From positions 1 to 43,027 of IMG/VR virus record IMGVR_UViG_3300032080_000009: a DNA stretch of 43,027 nt; one strand, written 5' to 3'. Positions 34,841-42,896 of the stretch are shown one piece after another. Both the position numbers and the translations under genes were made by a program. The notes under the pieces were generated by a model, which had not been told where the DNA came from, did not search any database, and saw only the letters and a program-made list of their open reading frames with translations. The stretch's first letter is position 1. Each line of letters begins with the position of its first letter. Source of the stretch: a virus.

Positions 34841-34849
34841 TGCTATACT
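34841..34849 (+). promoter_or_regulatory. extended -10-like motif TGCTATACT; leaderless start at 34856
   Basis: The sequence reads CCTGCTCGGTTCCTGCTATACT-N6-ATG. Confidence 0.55.
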
Positions 34850-34855
34850 TACTGC

Positions 34856-35041
34856 ATGAGGAAATACGAACTGGTAGAGGTCGAAGCGGACGGAACCGAA
34901 GGCGGACGCGAGACGCTGGTCGCCACCGGAACCCTCCGGAAGATGACGGCGGCGCTGCAGGAGAGCATCGAAGAGGCCATCGAGGATTACGACGAGCGCG
35001 GCTACGACTGGCCGAGCTACCGGGTGCAGCCCGCGCAGTAA
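34856..35041 (+). CDS. small acidic protein (61 aa: MRKYELVEVEADGTEGGRE...)
   Basis: It has its own promoter motif and its own terminator. The longer track ORF from 34640 runs through the non-coding iteron region. Confidence 0.55.
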   Translation: MRKYELVEVEADGTEGGRETLVATGTLRKMTAALQESIEEAIEDYDERGYDWPSYRVQPAQ

Positions 35042-35069
35042 GGCCCCGGGGCCCCCGCGAGGGGCCCTT
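35040..35069 (+). terminator. GC hairpin (GGGCCCC / GGGGCCC core) followed by a T-containing tract
   Basis: Read directly from the sequence. It overlaps the stop codon of the 61-aa gene. Confidence 0.5.
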
Positions 35070-35100
35070 CCGTTTACGCGGCTTTTGATACGTTTCAATT

Positions 35101-35129
35101 ATACTTGTATCGACAAGTAATAAAAGTCC
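35101..35129. repeat. right copy of the 29-bp inverted repeat; contains the 6-4-6 palindrome ACTTGTATCGACAAGT
   Basis: Its reverse complement matches 34766-34794 at 26 of 29 positions. It lies about 30 nt upstream of ATG 35159. Confidence 0.8.
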
Positions 35130-35158
35130 CCCTCCGACCACGCGATACGCTGCTCGGC

Positions 35159-35458
35159 ATGGGAGAGCAGACCCGCGTCACCTTCGACGCGAAGACGATC
35201 AACGATCTCGGCAAGAGTCTCGGCCGCGCCATCGCCGAGCAGCTCGCCGCGAAGCACGAGCCCGCACCCGAGCCGCCGCCGGCCGTCGACGCCCCGCTCG
35301 CCGTGCACATCGAGCCGTGGCACATCTTCGACCCCCGTAGGCAGACCATCGTCGCGGCCTACGTCGACGACGCGCAGCAGCAGCGATGGGTGCCGGTCGC
35401 CGACGAGCTCGAAGTGCCGAAGGCCTGGCGCAAGCTCTTCCGGCAGCGTGCCGCATGA
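35159..35458 (+). CDS. hypothetical protein (99 aa)
   Basis: Starts at internal ATG 35159 (MGEQTRV...). TACGCT lies 7 nt upstream, which may make it leaderless. Confidence 0.6.
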   Translation: MGEQTRVTFDAKTINDLGKSLGRAIAEQLAAKHEPAPEPPPAVDAPLAVHIEPWHIFDPRRQTIVAAYVDDAQQQRWVPVADELEVPKAWRKLFRQRAA

Positions 35459-36108
35459 GCGCCATCCCGACGCTCGGCGACGTGCGCCCGGGCGACCTGA
35501 TGTTCGCCGGCATGAGCGGCGCGCCCGCGCAGGCGGTCGTCTACGCCGGGCAAGCACTGCTCGGCGAGTTCGTCGCCGTCGGCCGCTTCGTCGTCGGGCA
35601 CGTCGCCATCTGCTCACGGCCGGGCCACATCGTCGAAGCGATGCCGCGCGGTGCCCGCGAGCGCCCGCTACGGGCGAGCGATTGGTCGACGAAGACCGCC
35701 TTCGCGCGCCTGCCGGAATCGTGGCCGGGGCAGGCGGCCGACGCCGCCGCGATCGGCACGCTCATGATCGGCACGCCCTACTCGTTCGGCTCGTACGTGC
35801 AGCTCGCCGCGTGGCGCTTCGGGTGGAAGACGTGGGCGCTCGAAGAGCGGATCAACCGACGCCGCCCCGAGCCGATTAGGCTGCCCCGTTGGAGCAACGG
35901 CCCGGCCGAGATCACGGGGCGGGTGAGTCGCGGCGGTCGACTGCCGACCGAGGCGATCTGCTCGGTGCTCGTCGATCAGGCGTGGTCACTTGCGGGCGCT
36001 CGCGTCATGGTCGGCACGAAGCCGCAGATCGTCACGCCGGGCGCGCTCGCGCAGCAGCTTTTGACGCGACCGGGCGTCGCATGGGGCGGCGCGGGCATTC
36101 TGGGGTAA
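35455..36108 (+). CDS. permuted NlpC/P60-like (papain-fold) hydrolase
   Basis: ATGA overlap. It has PGDLMF...GHVAICSRPGHIVEAMPRG (His region) and then EAICSVLVDQAW (Cys region). Confidence 0.55.
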   Translation: MSAIPTLGDVRPGDLMFAGMSGAPAQAVVYAGQALLGEFVAVGRFVVGHVAICSRPGHIVEAMPRGARERPLRASDWSTKTAFARLPESWPGQAADAAAIGTLMIGTPYSFGSYVQLAAWRFGWKTWALEERINRRRPEPIRLPRWSNGPAEITGRVSRGGRLPTEAICSVLVDQAWSLAGARVMVGTKPQIVTPGALAQQLLTRPGVAWGGAGILG

Positions 36109-36147
36109 TACGCTGTCAGCACACACCCGAGCGACGAAGGGCTCACC

Positions 36148-36423
36148 ATGACCGAGCAGGACATGAGCAAGACCGAGATTGCCGAGCAGGCCGACGAGCA
36201 GTCGAGCGGCGTTGAAGGCGGCGACACCGCGACCCGTCACTTCGACGGCGACGAGCTCGCCAACGGCGCGGCCGACGCGCTGCACGGCGCGAGCGCCAAC
36301 GTTGAGCGGCGCGAGCAGGGCGGCGCGACCGAGCTCATCGGCGGGACGCTCATCGGCGACGAGCCGGCCGGCCCCGACAACAACATCGGTAAGCGCGTCG
36401 ACGACGAGCGCGCCGACGCCTGA
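36148..36423 (+). CDS. hypothetical acidic protein (91 aa)
   Basis: ORF with G/C-rich third positions. Confidence 0.6.
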   Translation: MTEQDMSKTEIAEQADEQSSGVEGGDTATRHFDGDELANGAADALHGASANVERREQGGATELIGGTLIGDEPAGPDNNIGKRVDDERADA

Positions 36424-36461
36424 CCGTACGGGGGTCGGCGTGCCGCGACCGAGCAGGTTTC

Positions 36462-36470
36462 TGCTATGGT
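36462..36470 (+). promoter_or_regulatory. extended -10-like motif TGCTATGGT; leaderless start at 36478
   Basis: The sequence reads GCAGGTTTCTGCTATGGT-N7-ATGACG. Confidence 0.55.
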
Positions 36471-36477
36471 TGGCGGC

Positions 36478-37230
36478 ATGACGACCCCCGTTTTGCTCGA
36501 CGTCTACTGCTGCGCGGGCGGCGCGACCGCTGGATACAAGCGCGCCTTCGAGGGCACGCCCGTCAAGGTCATCGGAATCGACAAGATGCCGCGCCCCCGT
36601 TACTGCGGCGATCACTTCGTGCAGACCGACGCGATCGCGTTCCTGCTCGACCCGGGCCGATTCTTGACCGGCATCGAGATCGTCGCCGTGCACACGAGCC
36701 CGCCGTGCCAAGCGGGCAGCACCCTGACCGTCGGTACCAATGCGTCGAAGGGCTGGGGCGGCGAGCATGAGCAACTCGTGCCGCCGACCCGCGAGCTCTG
36801 TGAGGCGCTCGGCGTGCCGTTCGTCATTGAGCAGCCGAGCAACCATGGCGGCTTGATCCGGCCCGATCTCGTGCTCTGCACGGACATGTTCCCCGAGCAG
36901 GTCGGTCCGCCCCCGTGGGTGCAGCGGCACCGCGACTTCGAGTTGCACGGCTTCGACGTCCCGCAGCCTGCGCACCCTAAGGGCCCGGTACGCGGGCACC
37001 GTGGCTACGTGCGTGGCTACCGGGGCAAGAGCGGCGACCGCCCCGGATTCTTCCGGGACGGGCCCTACGTCGCGGCGTACGGCGACGGGGGCGGTAAGGC
37101 GACGGTCGCCGAGATGCAACACGCGCTCGGCATCGATTGGACCGACGAGCGCGAAGAACTCACGGAAGCGCTGCCCACGGTCTACACGGAACACATCGGC
37201 CGCGCGCTACGGGCACATCTCGGCTTGTAG
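36478..37230 (+). CDS. DNA (cytosine-5) methyltransferase, compact (250 aa)
   Basis: Motif I is DVYCCAGGATAGY, motif IV is HTSPPCQ, and motif VIII-like is QRHRDF. Confidence 0.8.
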   Translation: MTTPVLLDVYCCAGGATAGYKRAFEGTPVKVIGIDKMPRPRYCGDHFVQTDAIAFLLDPGRFLTGIEIVAVHTSPPCQAGSTLTVGTNASKGWGGEHEQLVPPTRELCEALGVPFVIEQPSNHGGLIRPDLVLCTDMFPEQVGPPPWVQRHRDFELHGFDVPQPAHPKGPVRGHRGYVRGYRGKSGDRPGFFRDGPYVAAYGDGGGKATVAEMQHALGIDWTDEREELTEALPTVYTEHIGRALRAHLGL

Positions 37231-37244
37231 GTCTGGCAGGAACC

Positions 37245-37253
37245 TGCTATGTT
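37245..37253 (+). promoter_or_regulatory. extended -10-like motif TGCTATGTT; leaderless start at 37261
   Basis: The sequence reads GCAGGAACCTGCTATGTT-N7-ATG. Confidence 0.55.
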
Positions 37254-37260
37254 TACGGGC

Positions 37261-38820
37261 ATGGGAGAGACGACACGCAAACAGCAGCACGAGGCAGCAA
37301 TCCGGCAGCTCGCCCGGGTGATCGCGAAGGGTGCGACCCCGGGCATCGAGCTCGATCTTTTCAAGGCGTACGCCTTCGCGGCCGGCGTCATCAAGGGCGA
37401 CCGGGGCGGTTGGGTCTACCCTTTCGGACGTCAGATGTCGGCGATCAACGGCTTCCGTAAGCTCGCAGAATTCATGCTCAATCCCCCGGCCGGCTGGGGC
37501 AGCGAAGTCGAGCAGCTCGTCGAGCGCATGGGCGAAGCGCGCGCCGCTGCGCATCTCGCCGACCCCCCGCGCTCCGAGCCCGCCCCCGAGCCGCCGAAGG
37601 CCGATCCCGACTCGCTCGAAGCGCTCGTCGGCAAGCGCGTTGACATCAATTACGGCATCTCGGCCGGCCGCTCGGGTGTCGTGACCGGCGTCGACGAGCG
37701 CCCCGGAATGATCGCCGTCGACGTCGACGGCCGCTCGGTCAAGGTCGACAAGCTCAACGTGTCGATCTCGGCCGAGCCCGACTCGCCGCTCGTCGAGAGC
37801 GCGAAGCAGCTCGACGCCGCCCGGGCCGAAGCGCGCAAGCTCGACGGGTACTACGACGAGCCGTCGCAGCTTCGCCCGATGGATATCGTGCAGCTCGCCG
37901 ACGGCGCGATCGGTGTCGTCGAGCGGGTCAACATGGGCGGCGACGTGCTCGTGCGCGCCAACGACGTACGCGACGGCATCCTTTCCGTCTTCGACGTCAA
38001 CGCGCTGCGCAGCGTGCCGCCGATCGCCTACGAGTGTGCGGGCGTGCCGGGCGCTGTCTTCGGGCACAACGTGCCGCGCGAGTTCGCGACGAGCGAGCTC
38101 TCGCAGCGCGCCGTCATGCGGGCCCGCAAGGTCGCCCCCGACGCCCGACTCACGCTCACGGCGGTCAAGGTCGACAACCGTTACGAATACGGCCGCGCCT
38201 TCGTCTACGCGATCGCGAGCATCATCGACGCGACGCGCCTGCTCGCCGCCCGCTGCTCTAACGCGTACTGGCACGAGAGCGCCCCCGCTCGTCGCCTACA
38301 GCCGTGCGCGCACTGCGGCGAGCCGGTCGACGAGCAGGTGCCCGTGCGCACGTCGGCTGTCGAGATCCTGACCGATGGCACCCGCGTGCCGATCGGCAAG
38401 CCTCGCGAGACGACGATTTCGCGGGGGGCGCTCGACACGCTGATCGAGAGCGCGACCGGGCTTGTGCACGGCCTCTCCGATCTCGAAGCCCTGATCAAGC
38501 AACAGGCGGCCGAGCCCGGGCCGGCTCGGGCCACCGACCCCGCGACCGATGACGACATCGACGAGATCGTCGAGCGGCTCGTGCGGCGGGCGCAGTATCT
38601 CGCGCTGTGCAAGGTGCTCGACGAGCTCGACGGGTGGCGCGAAGGGCAGCGCAGCAATCATGACGCCAACGCCCACCGTGGCGAAGCGGCCGGCGAGCAG
38701 TGTTGGGAGCACTGGCACTCGTCAGACGTACGCACGATGGTCGCCGACGCCGCCAGTGAGTTGCGCACAGCCGATCCGAACGGCGCGCACGTGCCGAGCG
38801 ACCTTCCCGCGCCGTTGTGA
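37261..38820 (+). CDS. hypothetical protein (519 aa) with two SH3/KOW-like beta segments
   Basis: The two segments are GKRVDINYG..GVVTGVDERPGMIAVDVDGRSVKV and MDIVQLADGAIGVVERVNMGGDVLVRA. No enzymatic motif was recognised. Confidence 0.7.
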   Translation: MGETTRKQQHEAAIRQLARVIAKGATPGIELDLFKAYAFAAGVIKGDRGGWVYPFGRQMSAINGFRKLAEFMLNPPAGWGSEVEQLVERMGEARAAAHLADPPRSEPAPEPPKADPDSLEALVGKRVDINYGISAGRSGVVTGVDERPGMIAVDVDGRSVKVDKLNVSISAEPDSPLVESAKQLDAARAEARKLDGYYDEPSQLRPMDIVQLADGAIGVVERVNMGGDVLVRANDVRDGILSVFDVNALRSVPPIAYECAGVPGAVFGHNVPREFATSELSQRAVMRARKVAPDARLTLTAVKVDNRYEYGRAFVYAIASIIDATRLLAARCSNAYWHESAPARRLQPCAHCGEPVDEQVPVRTSAVEILTDGTRVPIGKPRETTISRGALDTLIESATGLVHGLSDLEALIKQQAAEPGPARATDPATDDDIDEIVERLVRRAQYLALCKVLDELDGWREGQRSNHDANAHRGEAAGEQCWEHWHSSDVRTMVADAASELRTADPNGAHVPSDLPAPL

Positions 38821-38972
38821 AGACCTGCGACTACTGCCCGCGCTACGCCGGCACGACAATCTACCTGCGTCGCTCGCCGCTGCGGATCGTGCTGCGTAAG
38901 CCGCCGAAGCGCCGCGACGTGTGCACGGATCACATTGACCGCGCCCGACGTCCCGGTGGCCGGCATGGCTGA
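38817..38972 (+). CDS. hypothetical small Cys-containing protein (51 aa)
   Basis: GTGA overlap. It has a CxxC...C..H pattern (KTCDYCP...VCTDH). It is not in the ORF track. Confidence 0.45.
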   Translation: MKTCDYCPRYAGTTIYLRRSPLRIVLRKPPKRRDVCTDHIDRARRPGGRHG

Positions 38973-39243
38973 TCCGTTCCAACTCTTCGAGCAGGCCGAC
39001 GCCGGCCGGCAAGAGTCCCTGCGCGTCATCTGGCCCGAGCTGCACGCGATGCTCGCTCGTGAAGACGAGCCGGCGTCGGAGCGTACGACCCGCTGCGCGG
39101 TCTACGCGACGCACGAGATCGGTACGCACGCGGTCGCCGTCGGCCGGCTCGTCGCGGACGGGCCCCCGGCGTGCGCCGAGTGCGTCGCGAAGGCAGCGAC
39201 CCGCGAAGGCGGGTATCCCCTCACCCGAGAGGCAAGACGATGA
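38965..39243 (+). CDS. hypothetical protein (92 aa)
   Basis: ATG 38965 lies in frame within track ORF 38935..39243. Confidence 0.55.
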   Translation: MADPFQLFEQADAGRQESLRVIWPELHAMLAREDEPASERTTRCAVYATHEIGTHAVAVGRLVADGPPACAECVAKAATREGGYPLTREARR

Positions 39244-39635
39244 ACGTCACCATCCTCCGTTTCTTCACGCTCATCGCCGACGTGCTGCTGCGTCTGCGGT
39301 ACGAGCGCGGCGAGTCGCAGGTCGCCGTCGCGGCCCGGGCCGGGCTCGCCAATCCGCAGATCTCGAAGTACGAGCGAGGCGTCGTCACGCCCGATCTGTC
39401 GACGACGCTGCAGCTCTTGCACGCCTACGGGCAGCATCTCGTCGTGATGCCGGCCCCGCTCGCCGAGACGCTCCCCGAGCGCGACGTGGTCGTCGCGGCG
39501 GCGTCGCGCTGGTATGCCATCGGCCCGTCGAGTAACCCGCACGAGCTCATCGCGGCCGTCGAGAAGCTCGTCGCGGCCGAGCTGCGGCACGGTGGCGGCG
39601 CACACGCTCGACTCGTCGAAGGCGGCGACCGATGA
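39240..39635 (+). CDS. helix-turn-helix (XRE/Cro-CI type) DNA-binding protein
   Basis: ATGA overlap. It has LRLRYERGESQVAVAARAGLANPQISKYERGVVTPDLSTTLQLLHAYG. Confidence 0.75.
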   Translation: MNVTILRFFTLIADVLLRLRYERGESQVAVAARAGLANPQISKYERGVVTPDLSTTLQLLHAYGQHLVVMPAPLAETLPERDVVVAAASRWYAIGPSSNPHELIAAVEKLVAAELRHGGGAHARLVEGGDR

Positions 39636-39967
39636 TCGAGTCCGAAGTCGCGCTCGTCGAGTGGGAAGGGCTCGTCGGCGTCGAGCTCGTGCCGGCACTG
39701 CGGGCGGGCACCGAGCGGGTGCTCGTTGGCGAGCCGTACGCGCTGCACGAACTCGTCGACGAGCTGCGCGAGCGCATCACGAAGCTCGAAGCCGCCTTCG
39801 AGCAGGTCGCGCGCTCGCGCAACGAGTGGCGGGCCCGGGCGAAGCGCGAGCCGACTGCGCGCGACGGCTTCGAGCTCTGCTCGCACCCGCGACTCGTGCC
39901 GCGCCTGCCGTGCTCGGCGTGCGCCCCGCGCTACGCCGTCGAAGCCGCTCGGCGGTCGAAGCCGTGA
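39632..39967 (+). CDS. hypothetical protein (111 aa)
   Basis: ATGA overlap. It has a coiled segment. Confidence 0.6.
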   Translation: MIESEVALVEWEGLVGVELVPALRAGTERVLVGEPYALHELVDELRERITKLEAAFEQVARSRNEWRARAKREPTARDGFELCSHPRLVPRLPCSACAPRYAVEAARRSKP

Positions 39968-40131
39968 AGCGTGACCACCGAGCGGCCGTCGTCGAGCGGG
40001 CGCGGCGCTCGGGCGGTCGCGTCATGCCTGCGAATTGGCGGGAGCGACGCGCGCTGCGGCGCATGAGCGCCTACGGTGCCGCTCGCCCCGCTCTCGGCTA
40101 TCCGGACATCTGGGAGATTCCGTGCGTTTGA
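39964..40131 (+). CDS. hypothetical small basic protein (55 aa)
   Basis: GTGA overlap at 39964. Confidence 0.45.
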   Translation: MKRDHRAAVVERARRSGGRVMPANWRERRALRRMSAYGAARPALGYPDIWEIPCV

Positions 40132-41735
40132 GGCCCTATCAGCAAGAGCTCATCGACGGCATGATGCGCGAGTGGAAGGCCGGGCACCGCCGCATCGCCG
40201 CTGTGATGGCGACCGGCGGCGGCAAGACGCCGACGGCGATCACTGTCGCCGAGATGTCGCTCGCTCGCGGCCGGCCGGTGTTGTGGATCGCGCACCGCAC
40301 CGAGCTCATCGATCAGGCGATCGATAAAGCGCAGCAGGTCGCGCCCGGCCGGCGCATCGGCAGGATGCAAGGTCGCGTCAAGCAGTACCGGGCCGAGCTC
40401 GTCGTCGCGTCGATCCAAACGGCGTCGACGCAGGGCTCTATCGCGATGCTCAAGTCGCGCATCTGGGGTCTGATCATCATCGACGAGACGCATCACGTTG
40501 TCGCCGACACGTACGTGCGCCTGCTGCGCGAGCTCGGCGCGTACGAGCCCGACGGACCGCTCGTGCTCGGCGTGACCGCGACGCTCGACCGCAGCGACGG
40601 CCGGGCGCTCGGGGCGGTCTTCGAGTCGGTCGTGAGCCCGCAGATCGGCTTGATCGATCTGATCCGAGCGCCCGCGCCCGGGCCCTACCTCGTGCCGCCC
40701 CGGGGAGTGCGGGTGCGCATCGCCGAGCTCGATCTCGACCGCGTGAAGCGCACGGCCGGCGACTACAACTCGGGCGCTCTCGGGGCGGCGATGTCGGCCG
40801 CCATGGCACCGAAGCGGATCGTCGAAGCGTGGCAAGAGCACGCGCTCGGCCGGCCGACGGTCGCGTTCCTGCCGTCGGTCGCGCTCTCGATCGAGCAGGC
40901 GCAGACGTTCAACGACCACGGCATCGCCGCCGTGCATCTCGACGGCACGACGCCGGCCGCCGATCGGGCCGACGCGCTCGACCGGTTCCGGCGCGGCGAG
41001 CTCACGGTGCTCTGTAACGTCGGCCTGTTCACCGAAGGGACCGACCTGCCGAGCATCGCGTGCGTCGTGCTCGGGCGGCCGACGTCGAGCGGCTCGCTCT
41101 ATCAGCAGATGGTCGGCCGTGGCCTACGACTGCACCCGGGCAAGCGCGATTGCGTCGTGCTCGACGTCACGGGCGTCACGGGCCGGCACAAGCTGGCCAC
41201 GCTCGCTTCGCTCGGCGGTGCGGACGGGCCCGAAGACATGCCCGACGAGCTGCTGCTCTACGAAGTCGACGATGACAAGCTGCTCGCCGAATCGGTCGAA
41301 GACGAGACAAATAACGTGGCCATCGACGAGGAGCCGTCCGTGTACGCCGACGGCGATCTCGCGCACGAGCTCGTCGATCTCTTCGGACAGTCGCACTCGT
41401 CATGGCTGCGCACGCCCGGCGGTCGATGGTTCGTCCCCGCAGGCTCGGCCGGCTTCGTGTTCCTCGTGCCCGCCATGAGTGGCGAGACCGAGAGGTATGA
41501 CGTGCGGTGGACAACGGTCGAACGCGGTCACGAGGGGCTCATACAGGCCGACATGGAGATCGGCTATGCGATGGCGGCCGGCGATGAGTTCGTCGCGTCG
41601 CGGCCGATCTGGCAGGCCGAGCGCGATGCGCCGTGGCGCGCCGAGAAGGTGCGCGGCGGCCGTACGCGCGGCGAGATCGCCGACGCGAAGATGATCACCC
41701 GCGCCGCCGCGCTCTTCGACCCGCGCCCGCTGTAG
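40122..41735 (+). CDS. SF2 DEAD/DEAH-box helicase
   Basis: GTG 40122. It has LRPYQQELI, Walker A MATGGGKT, the DExH motif IIDETHH, VTATLDR and a QQMVGRGLR arginine finger. Confidence 0.85.
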   Translation: MRLRPYQQELIDGMMREWKAGHRRIAAVMATGGGKTPTAITVAEMSLARGRPVLWIAHRTELIDQAIDKAQQVAPGRRIGRMQGRVKQYRAELVVASIQTASTQGSIAMLKSRIWGLIIIDETHHVVADTYVRLLRELGAYEPDGPLVLGVTATLDRSDGRALGAVFESVVSPQIGLIDLIRAPAPGPYLVPPRGVRVRIAELDLDRVKRTAGDYNSGALGAAMSAAMAPKRIVEAWQEHALGRPTVAFLPSVALSIEQAQTFNDHGIAAVHLDGTTPAADRADALDRFRRGELTVLCNVGLFTEGTDLPSIACVVLGRPTSSGSLYQQMVGRGLRLHPGKRDCVVLDVTGVTGRHKLATLASLGGADGPEDMPDELLLYEVDDDKLLAESVEDETNNVAIDEEPSVYADGDLAHELVDLFGQSHSSWLRTPGGRWFVPAGSAGFVFLVPAMSGETERYDVRWTTVERGHEGLIQADMEIGYAMAAGDEFVASRPIWQAERDAPWRAEKVRGGRTRGEIADAKMITRAAALFDPRPL

Positions 41736-41753
41736 ACACACCTGCTCGATACC

Positions 41754-41762
41754 TGCTATCTT
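41754..41762 (+). promoter_or_regulatory. extended -10-like motif TGCTATCTT (CCTGCTCGATACCTGCTATCTT)
   Basis: Family member. The downstream gene has a leader of about 30 nt. Confidence 0.45.
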
Positions 41763-41798
41763 TTGCCGACCGAGAAACCAACCGAACAGGGGCACGAC

Positions 41799-42323
41799 AT
41801 GCAGCGCAAATCGAACCGCAAGCTGCTCTGGCTGATCGCCGGGCTCATCTTCGTTCTGGCTGCCGGCCTGCTCTGCGCCGGCCTGCTCACGCCGAGCGCC
41901 GACACGGCGAGCCGTGGCGTCGTCCTGCCGACCGTGACCGGCATGGGCGACGACCCGAGCCCGGAGAGCACGGCCGAGCTCGACGCCGAAGCCACGAAGG
42001 CGCTCGAAGAGCTCGACAAGTTGCTCACGCCGAGCGCGACCACGCCGGCCGCGCCGAAGGCCAAGCCGGTGCCGACGAAGCCGACGATCGCTGGTGACGA
42101 CCTCGTGCACGTCGGCGAAGACGTGCCGGCCGGCACGTACCGCGCCGTCGAGCGCGTCACGAAGGATGGGCCCTTCGAGATCTGCTACTGGTCGAAGACG
42201 CGCGACTCGGAAGGCTCGGACATCATCGACAACGGCATCCCGACAGGCGGCCGGCCGCAGGTGACCTTGAAAAAGGGGCAGTGGTTTAAGTCGCAGGGCT
42301 GCCCGATGTGGGCGAAGCGTTGA
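41799..42323 (+). CDS. membrane-anchored/exported protein
   Basis: Starts at internal ATG 41799. The signal-anchor is MQRKSNRKLLWLIAGLIFVLAAGLLCAGLL. The C-terminal domain has Cys pairs. Confidence 0.65.
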   Translation: MQRKSNRKLLWLIAGLIFVLAAGLLCAGLLTPSADTASRGVVLPTVTGMGDDPSPESTAELDAEATKALEELDKLLTPSATTPAAPKAKPVPTKPTIAGDDLVHVGEDVPAGTYRAVERVTKDGPFEICYWSKTRDSEGSDIIDNGIPTGGRPQVTLKKGQWFKSQGCPMWAKR

Positions 42324-42514
42324 CTGTCGCGCTGCTCAAGACGATCGCCGCGCTCTCACTCGTCGTGTCGACGATGATGGGCGCGGTGCTCGCGGCCGAG
42401 AAGCTCTACGACGGCGCGGTCGCGCAGTGCCAGACGCTCGGCGGCACGCCCGTCGCCGTCGAGAATCGGCTCGCGTACGACTGCGCGACGCCATACGGAA
42501 GGATCAGCCCGTGA
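42308..42514 (+). CDS. small membrane protein
   Basis: The hydrophobic N-terminus is LLKTIAALSLVVSTMMGAVLAA. TTG 42320 (TTGA overlap) is an alternative start. Confidence 0.5.
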   Translation: MGEALTVALLKTIAALSLVVSTMMGAVLAAEKLYDGAVAQCQTLGGTPVAVENRLAYDCATPYGRISP

Positions 42515-42813
42515 GCATCCACTACAACGGCGACCTCTCGAAGCGCCCCGGCCGGCAGGCGTGCACGCAGCGCGGCGCGCAGGCCTACGCGACTCGTTGG
42601 TACGCGACCGACTGCTCGCAGTGCAAGGTCACGCTGCTCGGCCTGCCGCTCGTGAAGCTCGACGACGCGACCGTCACGGCGACCGTGACCGATCTCGACG
42701 AGACAAGCGTGCTCGTCGAGCGGCCGGCCGCCGACGGCGAGAGCGCGCCCGACGGCGAGCGCATCAGCTTCGACGCCTTCGACGAGTCGTGGCGCTCGGG
42801 CGGCTCGGCATGA
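42511..42813 (+). CDS. hypothetical protein (100 aa)
   Basis: GTGA overlap at 42511. Confidence 0.55.
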   Translation: MSIHYNGDLSKRPGRQACTQRGAQAYATRWYATDCSQCKVTLLGLPLVKLDDATVTATVTDLDETSVLVERPAADGESAPDGERISFDAFDESWRSGGSA

Positions 42814-42896
42814 TCACCACCCTGCGCGAGCAGGTGCTCGTCACGGTCGTCGGCGTCGCCTATCTCGCGTGCGCTGTCACGCTCGCGCTGATCTGA
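42810..42896 (+). CDS. possible 28-aa membrane peptide (MITTLREQVLVTVVGVAYLACAVTLALI)
   Basis: ATGA overlaps on both sides. Confidence 0.4.
   Translation: MITTLREQVLVTVVGVAYLACAVTLALI

Noticed and set aside
34635-35141. Track ORFs 34640-35041(+), 34650-34859(+) and 34635-35141(-) that cover the iteron region
   Set aside because: They run through the repeated CCCGGT units, palindromes and AT-rich core, and they show no coding-type codon bias. Only the last 61 codons of the plus-strand ORF, behind their own promoter motif, look genuine.
36466-37260. Longest-ORF start codons at 36466, 37249, 30660(-), 25785(-) and 29426(-)
   Set aside because: The first ATG or GTG in each case falls inside the conserved promoter hexamer or inside the GGGAGAG ribosome-binding cassette. 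The next in-frame ATG sits at the conserved spacing, so the shorter forms were preferred. This is unverified.
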